This document shows positions 41,567 through 54,695 of a stretch of 64,000 nt of DNA, in pieces (within the stretch, counting starts at the first letter, position 1; each line of letters starts with the position of its first letter). Origin of the DNA: Basidiobolus meristosporus CBS 931.73 (taxonomy: Eukaryota; Fungi; Basidiobolomycota); assembly GCA_002104905.1 (NCBI GenBank), contig MCFE01000464.1, forward strand, positions 1 to 64,000, given 5' to 3'. A model generated the notes under the pieces. That model was given only the letters and a program-made list of their open reading frames with translations. It searched no databases and was not told the DNA's origin. Made by a program: the position numbers and the translations under genes.

Positions 41567-42854
41567 TTGATGGCAGCGGGAAATAGGATAAGCGAATGCC
41601 TGGACAGGGTTCAGCAAAGTTCCCGTAGCCGACATTTGGTGCCCACCACCAAGACCACATTGCATATTTCAGACCAACATCCGCCTTCATGTCGCTTGAC
41701 TGGCTTGCCCCGGTTCGCAATAGATCATGGTGCTTACCAAGGAACTTGATCCTGTCCATGCATGTGGCATTCTTTCAAACTCCATGTTGCTTGCCAATTG
41801 CCATATGTGTGAGGAAATTCTGCAAACATGGTGAGATTAGATCGTGATGACTACCGAGAGTCTCGGTTTGGCAAAACCTCATCAGTGGATGACTGGAATG
41901 AAACGAATTTCAAGTATTTTCCTCCCAGTCACGCATACCACTACAGTGACCCTACGTTCCAAAGAATCATACCTGACTCCATCCAAGCCGCCCTGCCAAT
42001 CAAACCGGCGGTCTCTAATCGGCTACCCAGACTTCCATGATTTCGCCCTCATTATATCGGATAGCTGAGAATGAGCTGGATTTGGCCTTGGAACATAGCG
42101 GAGAGTCATCAATGCATCTTGTTGCCAGGTTTGTACAAAAAGGCAGTCTCACCCAGAATAACGCAATTGGGGCACGCACGAAGCTGATTAGTGCAGAATT
42201 ACCTAATCTGCACAACTATTACATAAAAGTGAAGACCGAATTATTACCGTTTCGTGCAAAACTAAGCGCTATGGATAGATTAGAATTCGGGCTCATACAT
42301 TGTGTCTTACTAAGCCCAATCAAAAGGCCTACTGGATGGTCCTAACTCTTAATCTGGTTTCATCATGCCAGATACATGGAAGATATCTACAATCAATACA
42401 ATCTAGGCAATCCTCTACTGATCCTTTCTATTGCCAATGCTCACCACGGGCTAAGGATCTAGCAGCCAATTCAGCCAACGACATTGGTGACTTCACCCAC
42501 CTGGTTGAACAAATTTCATATTTAAGAGATGGGAGGTACGAGTTGGTGTAATCATTACTTGCTACGCTTCATTGCCACAGCAACCCTCTGAATAGTAGAC
42601 TACTGGAGCTCAACACCACTGCGATCATGGAGCAATATACTTGTTTATCCGAATATCCTCATCACCAGTTTGTGTCCGATCTCTTCACAGACTACCGAAA
42701 CACCCATCTTCTACAGAAGGGAAACATGCCTGCCTTCAGCGTTGATGCGCATTTCCCCTCTGACAAGCCAGAGTTTCTTACATTTCCGCGAAGACACTCC
42801 CATCGCTTGAGCATCACTAAGCTTGAGCCGATCTACGAGGATCCTAGAGAATAA
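41567..42854 (+). pseudogene. Decayed coding sequence of unknown family
   Basis: A chain of protein-like ORFs (41567, 41828, 42037, 42300, 42627) runs on through stops and two frame changes and ends in a natural-looking tail (RRHSHRLSITKLEPIYE). Family not recognised. Confidence 0.35.
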
Positions 42855-43779
42855 CTGTTTATACCTTCACTCACATTAAATGACTAGCAGATGAGAATGC
42901 TTGTTCACTTGACCCTGTACATAGATCTTCAAACTGCCGCAGTGCTTGCCTGAATTTATTTGACAATAAACCCGTGGACTTTCATGCAGTAAACTTGCAT
43001 CTGATCCTCTCTGTCAGTTTTAGGCTTTGGAATACTGTGTTCTGGCCGTGCTCACTTGAGATGTTACAGAGGCTACGATCGGACTGCATCATCAAGACTA
43101 CCGGAACTTCGTCGTTTGTAAACACCGATGGATTCGCAGTAGGTTGGCACATGTATTCCCTTGAGCGATAGTAGATTATCTCTGATATGCTTACGCCCGC
43201 CCATAGTTTCAACATGAAGGATCCTCTTCCCTCCAATGGCGCCGCCACCCGAAGATGTTGCAATAGGCTTAAATTGGGTATTGAGCCCGATGCAGAAGTA
43301 AATGACCAATCTACTCAAATCGGCATGTGCAAGAGATGTATACATCAGATATTAGGCTGAGACCGTTTGGGATAGGGAAGTAGTTCCATCAAGCCAGTGG
43401 TTTGCAGAGATGGTGTCTCTATAGAGTACGGCTGGCCATTTGATTCGAGCTGCTTGCCAAGTGGCAAAACCAAGCCAAGTCACATCGCGATGGAATTTTC
43501 GAAGAGATCCCTGGCTGGTAGATGCGAGGTGCCAAGCGACACAGGCGCTTAGATCAGGGATTTCCACATGGTGCCAATCATAACCATGAATCAAATCAAC
43601 GCAGATGCTAGGATGCTTGTGCTATGAGGCATATCTATTGCAAATTTCTGTGTTGCCACCACGATGCTTACAGATTAGTGCCTTCCCATAATCAATGTCG
43701 AAATATTGTACCAAAATGTGTGATCCAGGCAATGAAATTCCATCGACAAAATCATCTGTCTGCTCGATCTAGGTTGGCA

Positions 43780-45101
43780 CAATAACACAACCCCAAAATC
43801 TGTAATGCTGAGACGGCCGAGCAGCCAACATCATCCTTATATCCATCCACGCCCGCCTGGATGGGTTTCTATTTGTGGGATGCAGCTCTTGGGATACAGA
43901 ATTGCATATAGGTGCCGATTACCGATTGCGCTCGGAGTTGAAGATCATATTTCAGTGATGTGGGGGCTGCTACTTTATCCTTGTTACCAGATATGATTCA
44001 TGGGTTTCACAGATGTCTTGTCATAAGGAACCGAGTAGCGTGGCTAGTTCGCCGCTTCCCTGGACATTTGGCTATCCATGTGTCGTTGTAGCACCACAGC
44101 CCTACATTCATCGCGCAATATGCCAAAACTGCATACGATTTTCAAGCGAAGCACACCATACAAATGGGGTGAGGCGTGTGGATCAGACATATATAAGGCA
44201 TGTCCGCAGGAGGGGCTCGACCATCCTCAGAAATATAGCGCAATAATCGTTTATACACCTCAAGATCCCACTTAATTAAAGAGCTGACCTAACCGTAATG
44301 CTGCTCGTTAACCGAACTAAGCTGTCTAACCGTACAAATAATGCATCATCTAATACTCCCCACAATCGGCACCGCAATAACCCCCGCAGGTAATACCAGA
44401 CATACGCAGTTGACCATGGCCCCAAGTCACTAACTGGAGCTATTCTCCTCATCGAAGTCCACACAAGAAACGGCTTCTTCGCAGCCTCCGGTGCCCAGTG
44501 ATTGGTGTACAGAGAAAATCCCCTCACTGTGCTACTCCCCCGACTCAATACCTAAAATCCAGAGCAAGCGCACTGTGCAAGAAGAGGAGCCGCGGTACTA
44601 AGTCGCCTACTTATGCACTCTGTGGCTCTGTGACCCTGAAAGGTAGCCCCCATTGCATATAATGATCGACCTCATTCTGATCGAAAGTGTGTCTCAGGCT
44701 GTGTAAAACCCCACCGGGGCTCATCTCAACCAGGGCATCAGACACCATCAGCTTCGTGTAGATCCAGTCGCGGAGTTAATGTCACCGCCTTGCCAGCTGA
44801 TGGTTTCACATTTACAAAAATCAAACCAACAGAAATCTCTAACGTTTCATTACTCTCTCATATGATACAGACACGACCAAGGTCAGTGTTGGAGAGAAAT
44901 GCCGAACGTCGCCGTTTACTAAAAGCAATGCGTAGACATTCGGTTGGTATGTCCGAGGTTGGCTTCGAGTTCCCTGCTCTTTCCAGGTCGACTTATCATG
45001 GCTCTGGAGTAGGAACCAACCATGCCCTTACATACATCAGAATGAGCAACACGCATCTACATCTGAACACGTACTTCGAGTCCGGCATTAATGTTTGGTA
45101 A
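43780..45101 (+). pseudogene. Possible decayed coding sequence of unknown family
   Basis: Stop-interrupted frame reading PAWMGFYLWDAALG..RSYFSDVGAATLSLLPDMIHGFHRC.., and downstream IQTRPRSVLERNAERRRLLKAMRRHSVG. Not assignable. Confidence 0.25.
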
Positions 45102-47121
45102 ATGTATATGACTATTTCGAAGTTTCATGTATACCATCACATTGTTTATAACATCAATGCTTCGTCGACCGTAAGCTTAGTCTTCATTCTTTTGGTTAAT
45201 ACTTGCTATTTTAACTTCACCTTGTATATAAACAGTCCATTATCAACTACTCAATCATTCCACATTTGAAGTGCGTAAACCATGAACATACCCACACTGT
45301 CCAAGGGTGAGTCAGTATACAACAGCATCGCTCCAATGACTGCTATAAGTTGATTATTTCCCGTGAGGGGAAGCTAGGCTGTATGTTCTCCAATAAACAG
45401 CGATGGCTCTAATTGTTGGCTGAAGTGGTTTAGCTTTCACATGCTGGCCAGAGCATGTTCCTTATTAAGCTGTATAGTTTCCAAGAGATACCAGTTGTGA
45501 GATCGAATTCGAACATCTAACCTCCACTGATTCATTTCTTGGAATTCTTGTGACTGTGCCTCGACATAAATACATGCGTTAGGTGACCTCTATAAGGAAA
45601 CGACCGAAACTTACACATCTACCTCATATGTGACGTTCTGAAACATTGGATCTTTGCATGGAAGTTAAACCAACTTGGCAGGAGTCGTATCGAATATTTT
45701 CAAATTCATCCCAAACATCCCCTACCTCGACAAGCCGGTTTGGTCTTGTAGTGATGTGCCGACTAGCCGAATTACCAGTATCATATTTTGCTGGTACTTA
45801 GTATCAAGCTCAGCCGGAAATGCTATTTGGCTCATACGCATACAGCCGCTTAACAAACATCTACCGAATGGTCTGTTGGAGTAAGCATATCAAGCACTGC
45901 ATTTTTGTGGAATGCGTTGGTGCTATGAGCCAGCCTGTATTGATACGAAGCTACTATGATGCATGGTATGCATTGCATATCTCTATTGTTTCTAATCTTT
46001 AGTCTATCTTTTTCCTTTTGTCTCTCGTAGTGTAGTCATGCGCCTTGCACATTTGCATAATAGCCAAGTTCGCCAGTTTCCTGATTAGTACCAAAAAGGG
46101 TGGTGTAACGCATATGGTAAGTACTCAGCGGGGCCTATGCCGTGCTCTAGTCGCCCACATCCTCCCAAGATATGTAAAATCCAACACTGTACGCTAATAA
46201 GTGTCCCACAGTAATCCTCGATATTTTAGTGGCTATTTGGGATGATGCTTTCATGGTTGTTACCGGATTGGAGATTGCTGCAGCAAGAGTAGTTTCACTG
46301 CTTAATTTGGCTATTTCCTACTCTGCGGAAAAGAACCGGCTTTTAAGAGAGCCAGTCCTCTCTTTATTTACCTGCTCCGGTGTTTCAAGAAAGGTATAGA
46401 CTTTGGTGTTTGTTTTCTATGTTGAGAATACTGCTCAATACTTTTGTATAATCCCTTGATAGCCAGGGGCAATGGGTTGTATATTTGGATGTTGTTGAGA
46501 ACCAGCCCTCAGGAGAGTTCATAGGACATCAGGAACCCTCGAGGCCTTGGGTTTCCTGAGCCCGGGCATTTGGGCGGGTCTAAGGATTTTCGAATGATCA
46601 TATCCGCGTCATCGTCATATATGTGCATCAAAGCAGATGCTAGATAAGATGTAACCTGCATTTATGGTTATGAATTGCGATGTCATAATGTCAAAGATGC
46701 CGTGACTAAATTTAGGTACCCGTCCAGTATTCGAGCCTGTTGTGGTACTCGAAAGCAAACCTGCCATACGCGGGCCTCAGTTTTCTTGATACTAATGAAC
46801 TCTGGTAAGCCTCGCCTGAATCGTTACAAAATCCAAGGACCATTGAGTTTTAGGGATATTTATAGTTTGGTACGCAATGAGCGAGAACAGTCGTCAAAGG
46901 GAATCCCAGTTGGAGGATTATGAGTAATGTAGATGAATATCCTAACCAAAAATTTACATAAGGGTGTGTTTGTGGATTAGAAACATCGACATTTCTGTAC
47001 GAGTTGATGCTATAATCTTATATATGCAACGATATTTAGAACTTAGTGTCCAGCCAAGTAGATTTACCGAGTCATTCAAGGAACATTCGTTGGTAGAAAT
47101 GTGTGATGCTATTAAGGGTCC

Positions 47122-48699
47122 TCATTTAGATATTAAGAAGGTTGGCTCATACGAAAAGGCGCGCCTATGCCCATAATTTTGCTTTTCACAATTTGCCTCT
47201 ATGATTTTTGGCGATGGCATAATGGGTGGCTTGGCAGCGTTTAAACTCGACCCAAGCAATGCGCACCCTTCTCCGGACAGCCTGCTGTGTAGGCTTTCTA
47301 CATGAGTACTATGGCGAATTGAACTCATGCTCTGTGACGATTGTCGTCTGGAGGCCTTCTATGTGAATATAGTAAGAAAATAGATGAGTTACTTGATGCA
47401 TACTAGTGCAAAAGAATAAGCACTTACCTCCATGGATTCCAATCGAGCCGGAGTAAGGGAAAGCTTTATTGTCTGGTTAGAGTTGAGGAGCATGTCGAAA
47501 TCAACCATTTTTTGTTGGCGTTGCTAGCGATACAAATTTAGTAGATGTCAGCAACACTGAGTGCAAACTAGGGTTCACCTGTGGGGTTTGTTTTGCGGGC
47601 TTAGCTGTGGCTTCGTGAAGATCTTCTGTGGCTCTAGGATTGAAATGGTGTTGATCGGAAGAATGATGCGACTAAACGTGCGTTAGAATTGACTCTCAAA
47701 ATAAACGGAAAGGTTCCATACTATATGGACGTTATCACGAATGCTTCTTAAAATCTTGCCCAAACCCTTGCTTTTTGTATCCATTTGAACAGATTCGGGG
47801 AGCTCCGAGGCAAGATTCTCAAGCGTGGACCCTACGAGAGCAACGAGGTATAAGGTTGTATTCATTTGGAGAGTGGAAGGTAATGCTTACTTTTTGACGG
47901 GGCCGATGATGACCGTAGTCGGCCTATTCTTTCTGTAGAACTCAGCTTCGATTTTTCGAGATACTCCTTTATCAAAAATGGCTCGTTATGGCACACTCAT
48001 TACAGACTGTATGCTGCTGTATTTCGCTTACTTCCAAACGTCTTTTGGTTCTCATCCGAGAAAACATCCCCTTTAGCTGGTCATCCTGACACAGTGTTTT
48101 ATAAAGATCCTCGGTGCTTAAAAATTCACCATGGCTCTTTCCGGTCATCAGCACCATCGAGTGGACAATGTATTGGCCCAATGTTATGACAACAACCTTC
48201 AAGAATTTCCTAACAGATTCGCTCAAGCAGAAACTCTCGACTGAGACTAGCTCCAAAGGTTCGTTGGCGCAAACGCCTCGTAAAACATCCAGTATCAATT
48301 TATCTTGCCCGGGAAGTCGTAGTTTGGCCGTATTTTGAGTACTACTCGGCTGAGCTGTATGTTCGCCTTTCATGACTTTCCTTCCCTCTTCCACACATCG
48401 ACTGCCTAGAGAGTTGAAGGCAAACTGAAAAGAGATGGAGGTGCATAGTTGCTCGATATCAACAAGCTCGTAACCGCCGGTACGAACCAGTTGGCTCAGA
48501 AACTCATCCAGGAAATAGTTCAACTCGACAACAGTATCCCGAGTTAAACCACAGTCTCCAAACTCGGTTGCGTGCGATGCAGCAGAATCAAAGGTCAAGT
48601 ATGTAATAGCTAAGAGGCAGTTAGTGCTTGACGAGTGAATCGTTCCAACCAACTCTTGGTGAATTTACCTTTAGGCTGGTAAAATTCTGTTTCTTTCAT
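47122..48699 (-). CDS. Conserved fungal hypothetical protein with a tandem histone-fold-like N-terminal domain; about 6 exons
   Basis: Spliced model MKETEFYQPK/AITYLTFDSAA..LTRDTVVELNYFLDEFL..FLKVVVITLGQYIV..LSTEDLYKTLCQDDQLKGMF../../QKMVDFDMLLNSNQTIKLSLTPARLESME/..FLISK*; all introns GT-AG and in frame. Confidence 0.75.
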
Positions 48700-51199
48700 G
48701 TTTCTATGTACGTATTTGAGATCACCACGACCAATAAGTTATATAGAAGAATATTTGTGTTGCTATTAGACCGACTAGAGTACGTAAATGTGTAGAAGGA
48801 AGACAGCAAATAGTGGAGTCCTTGAAGGGGGTGTCAAAAGGTACGCAGTGCCGACTGTTTAGATAAGCTAGAAGTGGGAACAAATTCAAATGAAAGCTGC
48901 TTATTAAAGGTTTAGTGTTTAGATTCTTCCAAAATATGGAAACAGTACGGAGGCAGGGTACGTTCCCATATTTCTTCGGTACTACCATCTAAACCAATCG
49001 TGCATGTGCATACTGACAATCCCATTATAAACTAAACTAGTATAAGCAACGGTTTCGGATTCATTTGTTTTTTCCACACTACAATTAGCGACTTTGATGG
49101 TTGCCATTTCCTGAGCATAGCGTGGGTTGATGTGAGACAAACGGCTATTAAAATGGACGAAGCCACCAATGACTATTTAAAGCCGAGGGCATCTGATCCA
49201 ATCAGGGCCTCAGGTATTTCTGTTTGCTGTAGTAACAGCTCGTACTAGTTTCTAATCTGGCTTGTAATATTGAAATCGGGTCAGTTGAAAATCAACTGAT
49301 AATATGATAACATTAGCCATTATTCTACACCCTGTAGGAGGGCTGAGCACAGGGAATAGGTGGCACAGTTATGATAGACACTATTAACTGCAAGCGTTGT
49401 GTAAAATTGATGTTCATCTTAACAAGTTTGGCTACTCTTATTCCATTATTGAAATAGCGTATGCAATAATAACGAGCTAACGCATAATAAGGAAAGTGGT
49501 GGTAGATATAAACATAAATCCTGATTAGATATGGTTTGAAGCATGTGGGTAATCGGGTCCTGGCAATCGGGCTTGGCAGTCAGTCATTGGTACCAGCGAC
49601 TAGTGAAGGTGGTTTGGTGGTTGATCTAGAGATCGTGCTTTCGTTCAATCAAGAAATCAGGTCCCTCTGGTCCTGGGTCCATCCGAATGACATAAGCTGC
49701 TACGTATTTATGCAGTCGCCGTACTTGGGAGCCACATTCCCAAGTGCGTCACAAATCATTAAGCGAGGAAATCATCTGTGGACCAGGCACTGTTTGCAGT
49801 TAAGGATCTGGATGGTAGGAACCAATCCGTGCATATTGCCCAACCTCACGAGATACTTCATACGTATCCATATCTATTTTAATGCCATCATACCAGTCAA
49901 GTCTGATCAGTGTATACTACTGCGACTTGATTGGCTGATCCTCTAATAATGCCAACTACAATAGATTTCTTGACTATTGCATAATTGAATGCAATGCTGG
50001 AGTAATTGAGAGCAGCTAAGCAAGTCTGACCCCCATCCTAGTCGGAATGCGGGACACCTGCAGATGGCCTGCATAGAGAGCTTGTCCATGTATTGCTGAT
50101 CATGGATTAAGATGAAGTGGAGTGCAGTGATTCAAGGACCTCTATTTCAGGATATTCCTTTTGTGGGGACATCCCATTATGAACAAATGAACTGTACCAA
50201 GCCCAGGGTTGTCTGTCAACATAATGATTGAAATAAACTAACCCATTATAGTCTTGAGTCCCTCAGCCAAAATCAAGCAAGACAGTACAATCCATTGTGC
50301 ACTTAAGGGACTTTCAGCCACAACGCCTCCTCTAGTGTTCCCTAAGGAAAAATATTAAGAAAAGGCCAGCAGAATCCCGTCACAATATCAGCTGAATTCC
50401 AAGATTCTCTAAACTTACAACTCTCAATATCTCAGGGACTAGCCATTTGGCAGACAAGCAGACATATTTTCCAGGAGGAGACTAGGTCCACTAGCATTCA
50501 TACCGAATTTAGTGATCAGCTACTCACCACTTGCAACAAAAGTTGCAACTAAGCATTTGAAGGAAAAACACCAGCTGAATGCCGGCAAAATACCGTTAGA
50601 ATACCAGCAGAATACCAGCAAATAATCAGATGGATTCCAAGTTCGTGATAGACCGAATTAATAACTAATTGGCGTCTGTTTAGGAGAGTGTTACTAAATT
50701 ACCTGGGTTGTTTAATCTTTGGCGTTAGCTAATAAATTTCAACGGTTGGTTTGCTGCACAGTTGCCTGGTCTTTCCATCTCAAGGGTTGCCACCCACCCA
50801 ACCATCTAACCTGACACATCACAGATCAAGCTTGTGCCTTTCCCAGCTTTTACCAGGGGAGGGTGGCGCGAATAGTTCATCTGATGCCTGAAGCCATGAC
50901 GCAGGCCGCTTAAATCCGTACAGAAATTCTAGTCATCGCATAGAAGTATGTGCGAATTCCGCACAGAGTATTCGACCAAACAGGCGAATCCAACCATCAT
51001 ACGCCATATTCAGGCTCTCGCCAACCTTACTTGGCTCAGGCCTCAGACCAGTCCAACAGGACTTTCACCAGTTTGATTCTCTAGCCCCTTATACCGTTAC
51101 CTGAGTCAAGTCTCCATCCAGTTCTCTTTCAAACAAATACTCAAACATCTGCGATTACTAGTCTCAACTGGTTTGCTAATCTCGGGAAGGTCATGTGTT

Positions 51200-51400
51200 G
51201 GCATGCAAATCCGGATAATCAAAGAGATCTAGTTGAGGGCTGAAGTCCTTACACATGTATCAACAGTTTGGCTTCGGTGGTGATACCAGGATGGCTGATT
51301 TATCTATCTGAAAGGTGTTTGAGGTTGTTGAAACGTACATGCCAATCTTTGACCGTTTGATGGTGCGGGTATTCTCACCTTGTACTGTCTCCTTCAGGAA
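51200..51400 (-). mobile_element. Decayed Ty3/gypsy-like gag fragment
   Basis: QTVKDWHVRFNNLKHL..ISHPGITTEAKLLIHV*GLQPSTR resembles the Retrotrans_gag pattern (SVxEYxxRF..L...ExxK...F..GL.P); interrupted by stops. Confidence 0.4.
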
Positions 51401-51731
51401 CAACATTTCACCAGATCCGATTTGTAAACGTTCAGTAGCACCTGATACTTCAACTCATCATCAACACTCGTATCTCTATCAAGGTCTTACATCGAAGCTT
51501 CGACGGATCTGAGTTCGAGACTTCCCAAGTTTGTGCCCCAAAAACACTGACCTTTCATACAAAACGTAGAGGTGCCCCAATCCAACACTGCTCAGTCCTG
51601 TAGTAGAGCATCCAGGCAAATTTGCCGGAAGTGAACATCCTCATTCGTATATAAGCAACTTGTCCACAATATCCGTTCTTTAACATTCGACTAAGACTTG
51701 AACCTAGATTGATCCTAGCCAGAGAGAGGGA

Positions 51732-51751
51732 GTGTGTGTGTGTGTGTGTGT
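51732..51751. repeat. (GT)10 microsatellite
   Basis: Perfect GT dinucleotide run following a short GA run. Confidence 0.95.
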
Positions 51752-53273
51752 TAGCACGATGCTGGGATTAATTCCATCATTCCTCTATTAAGAAACTCAA
51801 TCCGTTCTGCGGGCATCTCAAATACACTTCAATATTGAACACCAACTACCCAAAATTATCAGACCAAAGCCCCATTTAGCCTAAGATAATCATCGTGGCT
51901 ACATGTTGCTCTTTTTGTGCGATGTTGTCCACTGACTGATTATGTACAAGGTGGGACTGATAGCTTCTGGTCATTCTTTTCATTCTAATCTAAAGTAGTG
52001 CAAGGAAAATCGACTGATGTATAACGCAGACATTCATTGTACTCGGGAAAATGGATGCTATCACAACAATATCCTATCTAATGTATTGCACCACTAAATT
52101 TGGACAGATTTAACACGGTGATCGTATGTTTACTTCTCCATATCTCACACCAATACTCAGTGTCGCTTTTGATCATTCCCATGGCAAAGGGAAAGCCACG
52201 ACGATGCAGAGCGTCGAAACCTACCGAACCTCCAAAGAAATCAACTACCATTGTGATAACCATGCATTATGGCAGGATCCATCCTCGCAAAGTGCTTGTT
52301 GATAGCCCGAACTCACAAATCAGCAGCATCGATGCGTGCTCGGGTGATTCATAGAGCCTCACGTTTGCTTTCATCCGGAGCTGGGGTTTAGCAACGTGAA
52401 GATTATCAGAAATCATTGTGGAGGGTTTGATGCTACCATCTCCCTCGGATCTAACAAGTCGATGAAAAATATTCCCAGGGATGGCACCCCTGATGCCTAA
52501 ACTCCCTTTGATTGTTCAATCGATGTCTGTGACCAATTGCGTTGGTTGCCCTCATGGAATAAATGTTGACTCCCACAATACTGATGGGTTTTCTCAATCG
52601 GTCCCTTGGAAGATGTGATTGCCTAAATCTGGCAGCTCCGTGATAATCTGTCGCAAGCACAAGTATGGATGCACAGGCACAAAGACTTGCTGCCCGCACC
52701 CCATGGCCCGATTCCGCCTTTGGGCCTGTTTACTATACGTTCTCACCATTTTTGCGGTCAAAGACATCACCATCGCCTATGCTGGAGGGGGCAAGCCTAC
52801 ATGCTACAGTGTCAGCGGGCTCTACGCATGTATGGATGGACTGCATTCACCAAGTTTCTTGTTGCTCTTTCCTATTGTCAAGGTTACATCCATAGATGCT
52901 CGCTGATGAGTGGCTTGTTTGATTCTTGATGAAATCGGCAAAATATGTCTTTAACCAGTATATCTGTTGATTTGAGAGATATGAAGAGCTGCCATATTGT
53001 GATTCATTTTGGATAATAAAAGATGGGGTTTGACCTTTTGACTTTTTGCTCAATGCTACTGCTGTACAACGTATGACAATGAACGCTTCAGTATTGATCC
53101 TTGGTCGTTATGGAAGAGAAATCAAGATCTTCTAGGTGCCATTACATATTGCCCGTAATAGGCAGATGAGGATTTCGTTAAAAGGGGCCAAACGAGATAT
53201 CTATCGGAAGCTGAAGGTTCCTCGTCGAGTATTTCCCGGAGATTTTTCATCTCACAAAGCTTGTACAGGAAAC

Positions 53274-54695
53274 ATGGAGACCTTTCAGATTATTCTCATA
53301 GCTGTAGCAATCATTTGGAATGTTCACCTTGTTGTTTCTATGATTCTGCTTTGGCAGAGACGACATCTTGATACGGTTAGATATCGCTCGCCAGGCCTCA
53401 CATGCTTAAGTGCCATCGCCTCCATGGTCCTTATCACCATATACGTTGCCCTACTTCCCATGCAGAAATTCCCTTGTTTCCTCAATCTTTGGATCACCTC
53501 CATCGGCCAACCTCTTCTATACTTAACCATTTTAGCGCGAGCCTTCAGACTATTATTTTTCTACAAATTTAGCGAAGCGAGGCTGGCTGTAGCCCTAAAT
53601 AAACCGGAAAAACCCTCATATCGGCCGAAATCGATAATTCAAATCTTCTCCGGGAGTCGCAGGAAGAGCAATGGGTCGGCCTACGAGCTTCACGGCCTAA
53701 CGGAGTGTGCGGCTCCTTCGTCTAGTCCAAGCTCTATCGCCCAGGATATCCAGCAGCCGTTATGGGGGTACAGAGGAAACGACCTGAGTCACAACTGGTA
53801 TTACCGCCATCGGTATATGCTGTCCGCGCAGTTCATCACCACCGTAATCATTATCATCTTGATGTTCCACCTCTGCGTGGTGTTCGTCGTCCAGCTCCTA
53901 AGTACACGGTTCGCCTTCTATCCCAGAATTATCTCTGAGGATTGCATGCGCGGTTGGGAGTATTATCCGCATGATGTGTTCGCTTGTATCTATATTTTGA
54001 TCTTCTTCCCCTTCCTAATCTTCAAGCTGCTCTCGGTTAAGGATGCCTATGGGATTCGAATGGAGTTGGTCGCTACCTCGCTCATTTCCTGTCTTGGGTT
54101 TTTCATCTTTTTGCTCACACTGATCGTCGGTAAAGACACCAGCATCAACGAGCACGTTCCCAACAGCCTGTGGTGGGGGTTGCCGCTGATGGTGGTCAGT
54201 TTCTTCACCGTGACATATCCGTTGATCAAATCCATCCCCTATTCCTCGTTCTCTCATCGCCTGTCTTCCGAAACCGAGTACACCATGGAGGTGTTCGAGT
54301 CCCTTCTAAATAACCCCATCCAGTTCGAGAGCTTCAAACTCTTCACAGTGTCCGACTTCACCATAGAGAACACGTTATTCTACGAGCGATGCCGGAACAT
54401 TGCACTGAGTGCACGCGAATCGAATCTCAACGATAACGCTGATTTGGTGTCAGAGCTTCGAGAGATCTACAACACCTTCATCAAAAACACCGCGGAGTTC
54501 CAGGTAAATCTCGAGTCCGAAACCCGGAAAGCGTTATTGACCAAGGTCGAAAATGAACTATTCAGCCCGGATATGTACGTTCCGGCGGTAGAGGAAATCA
54601 AGCTGCTGATGTTTCGCAACACCTACTTACGCTATCTTACATATGCCAAGACTAGAAGGGTGGATTGGGAGGGGAGAACCGAGGGTTTTGTGTAG
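53274..54695 (+). CDS. 7TM receptor-like protein with C-terminal RGS domain (7TM-RGS), intronless
   Basis: Seven hydrophobic helices with motifs RYRSP, ARAFRL and DAYGIRMEL; RGS box FESLLNNPIQFESFKLFTVSDFTIENTLFYE..IYNTFIK....QVNL. Confidence 0.9.
   Translation: METFQIILIAVAIIWNVHLVVSMILLWQRRHLDTVRYRSPGLTCLSAIASMVLITIYVALLPMQKFPCFLNLWITSIGQPLLYLTILARAFRLLFFYKFSEARLAVALNKPEKPSYRPKSIIQIFSGSRRKSNGSAYELHGLTECAAPSSSPSSIAQDIQQPLWGYRGNDLSHNWYYRHRYMLSAQFITTVIIIILMFHLCVVFVVQLLSTRFAFYPRIISEDCMRGWEYYPHDVFACIYILIFFPFLIFKLLSVKDAYGIRMELVATSLISCLGFFIFLLTLIVGKDTSINEHVPNSLWWGLPLMVVSFFTVTYPLIKSIPYSSFSHRLSSETEYTMEVFESLLNNPIQFESFKLFTVSDFTIENTLFYERCRNIALSARESNLNDNADLVSELREIYNTFIKNTAEFQVNLESETRKALLTKVENELFSPDMYVPAVEEIKLLMFRNTYLRYLTYAKTRRVDWEGRTEGFV

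Noticed and set aside
44560-44800. GC-richer stretch considered as a structured ncRNA (RNase P/MRP-like)
   Set aside because: The conserved P4 motifs are absent, and it falls within a probable decayed coding frame.
50570-50630. Short gaataccagca repeats (also ttttgctgagaca twice near 58470-58500)
   Set aside because: Only two or three copies and no spacers; not CRISPR-like or telomeric.
51495-51530. gagttcgagacttccc resembles a tRNA T-loop
   Set aside because: No D-arm, anticodon arm or acceptor stem; it lies in gag-like debris.
53136-53273. 46-codon N-terminal extension of the 7TM-RGS ORF from a GTG
   Set aside because: The ORF track allows non-ATG starts; the ATG at 53274 directly precedes TM1 and is the likelier start.
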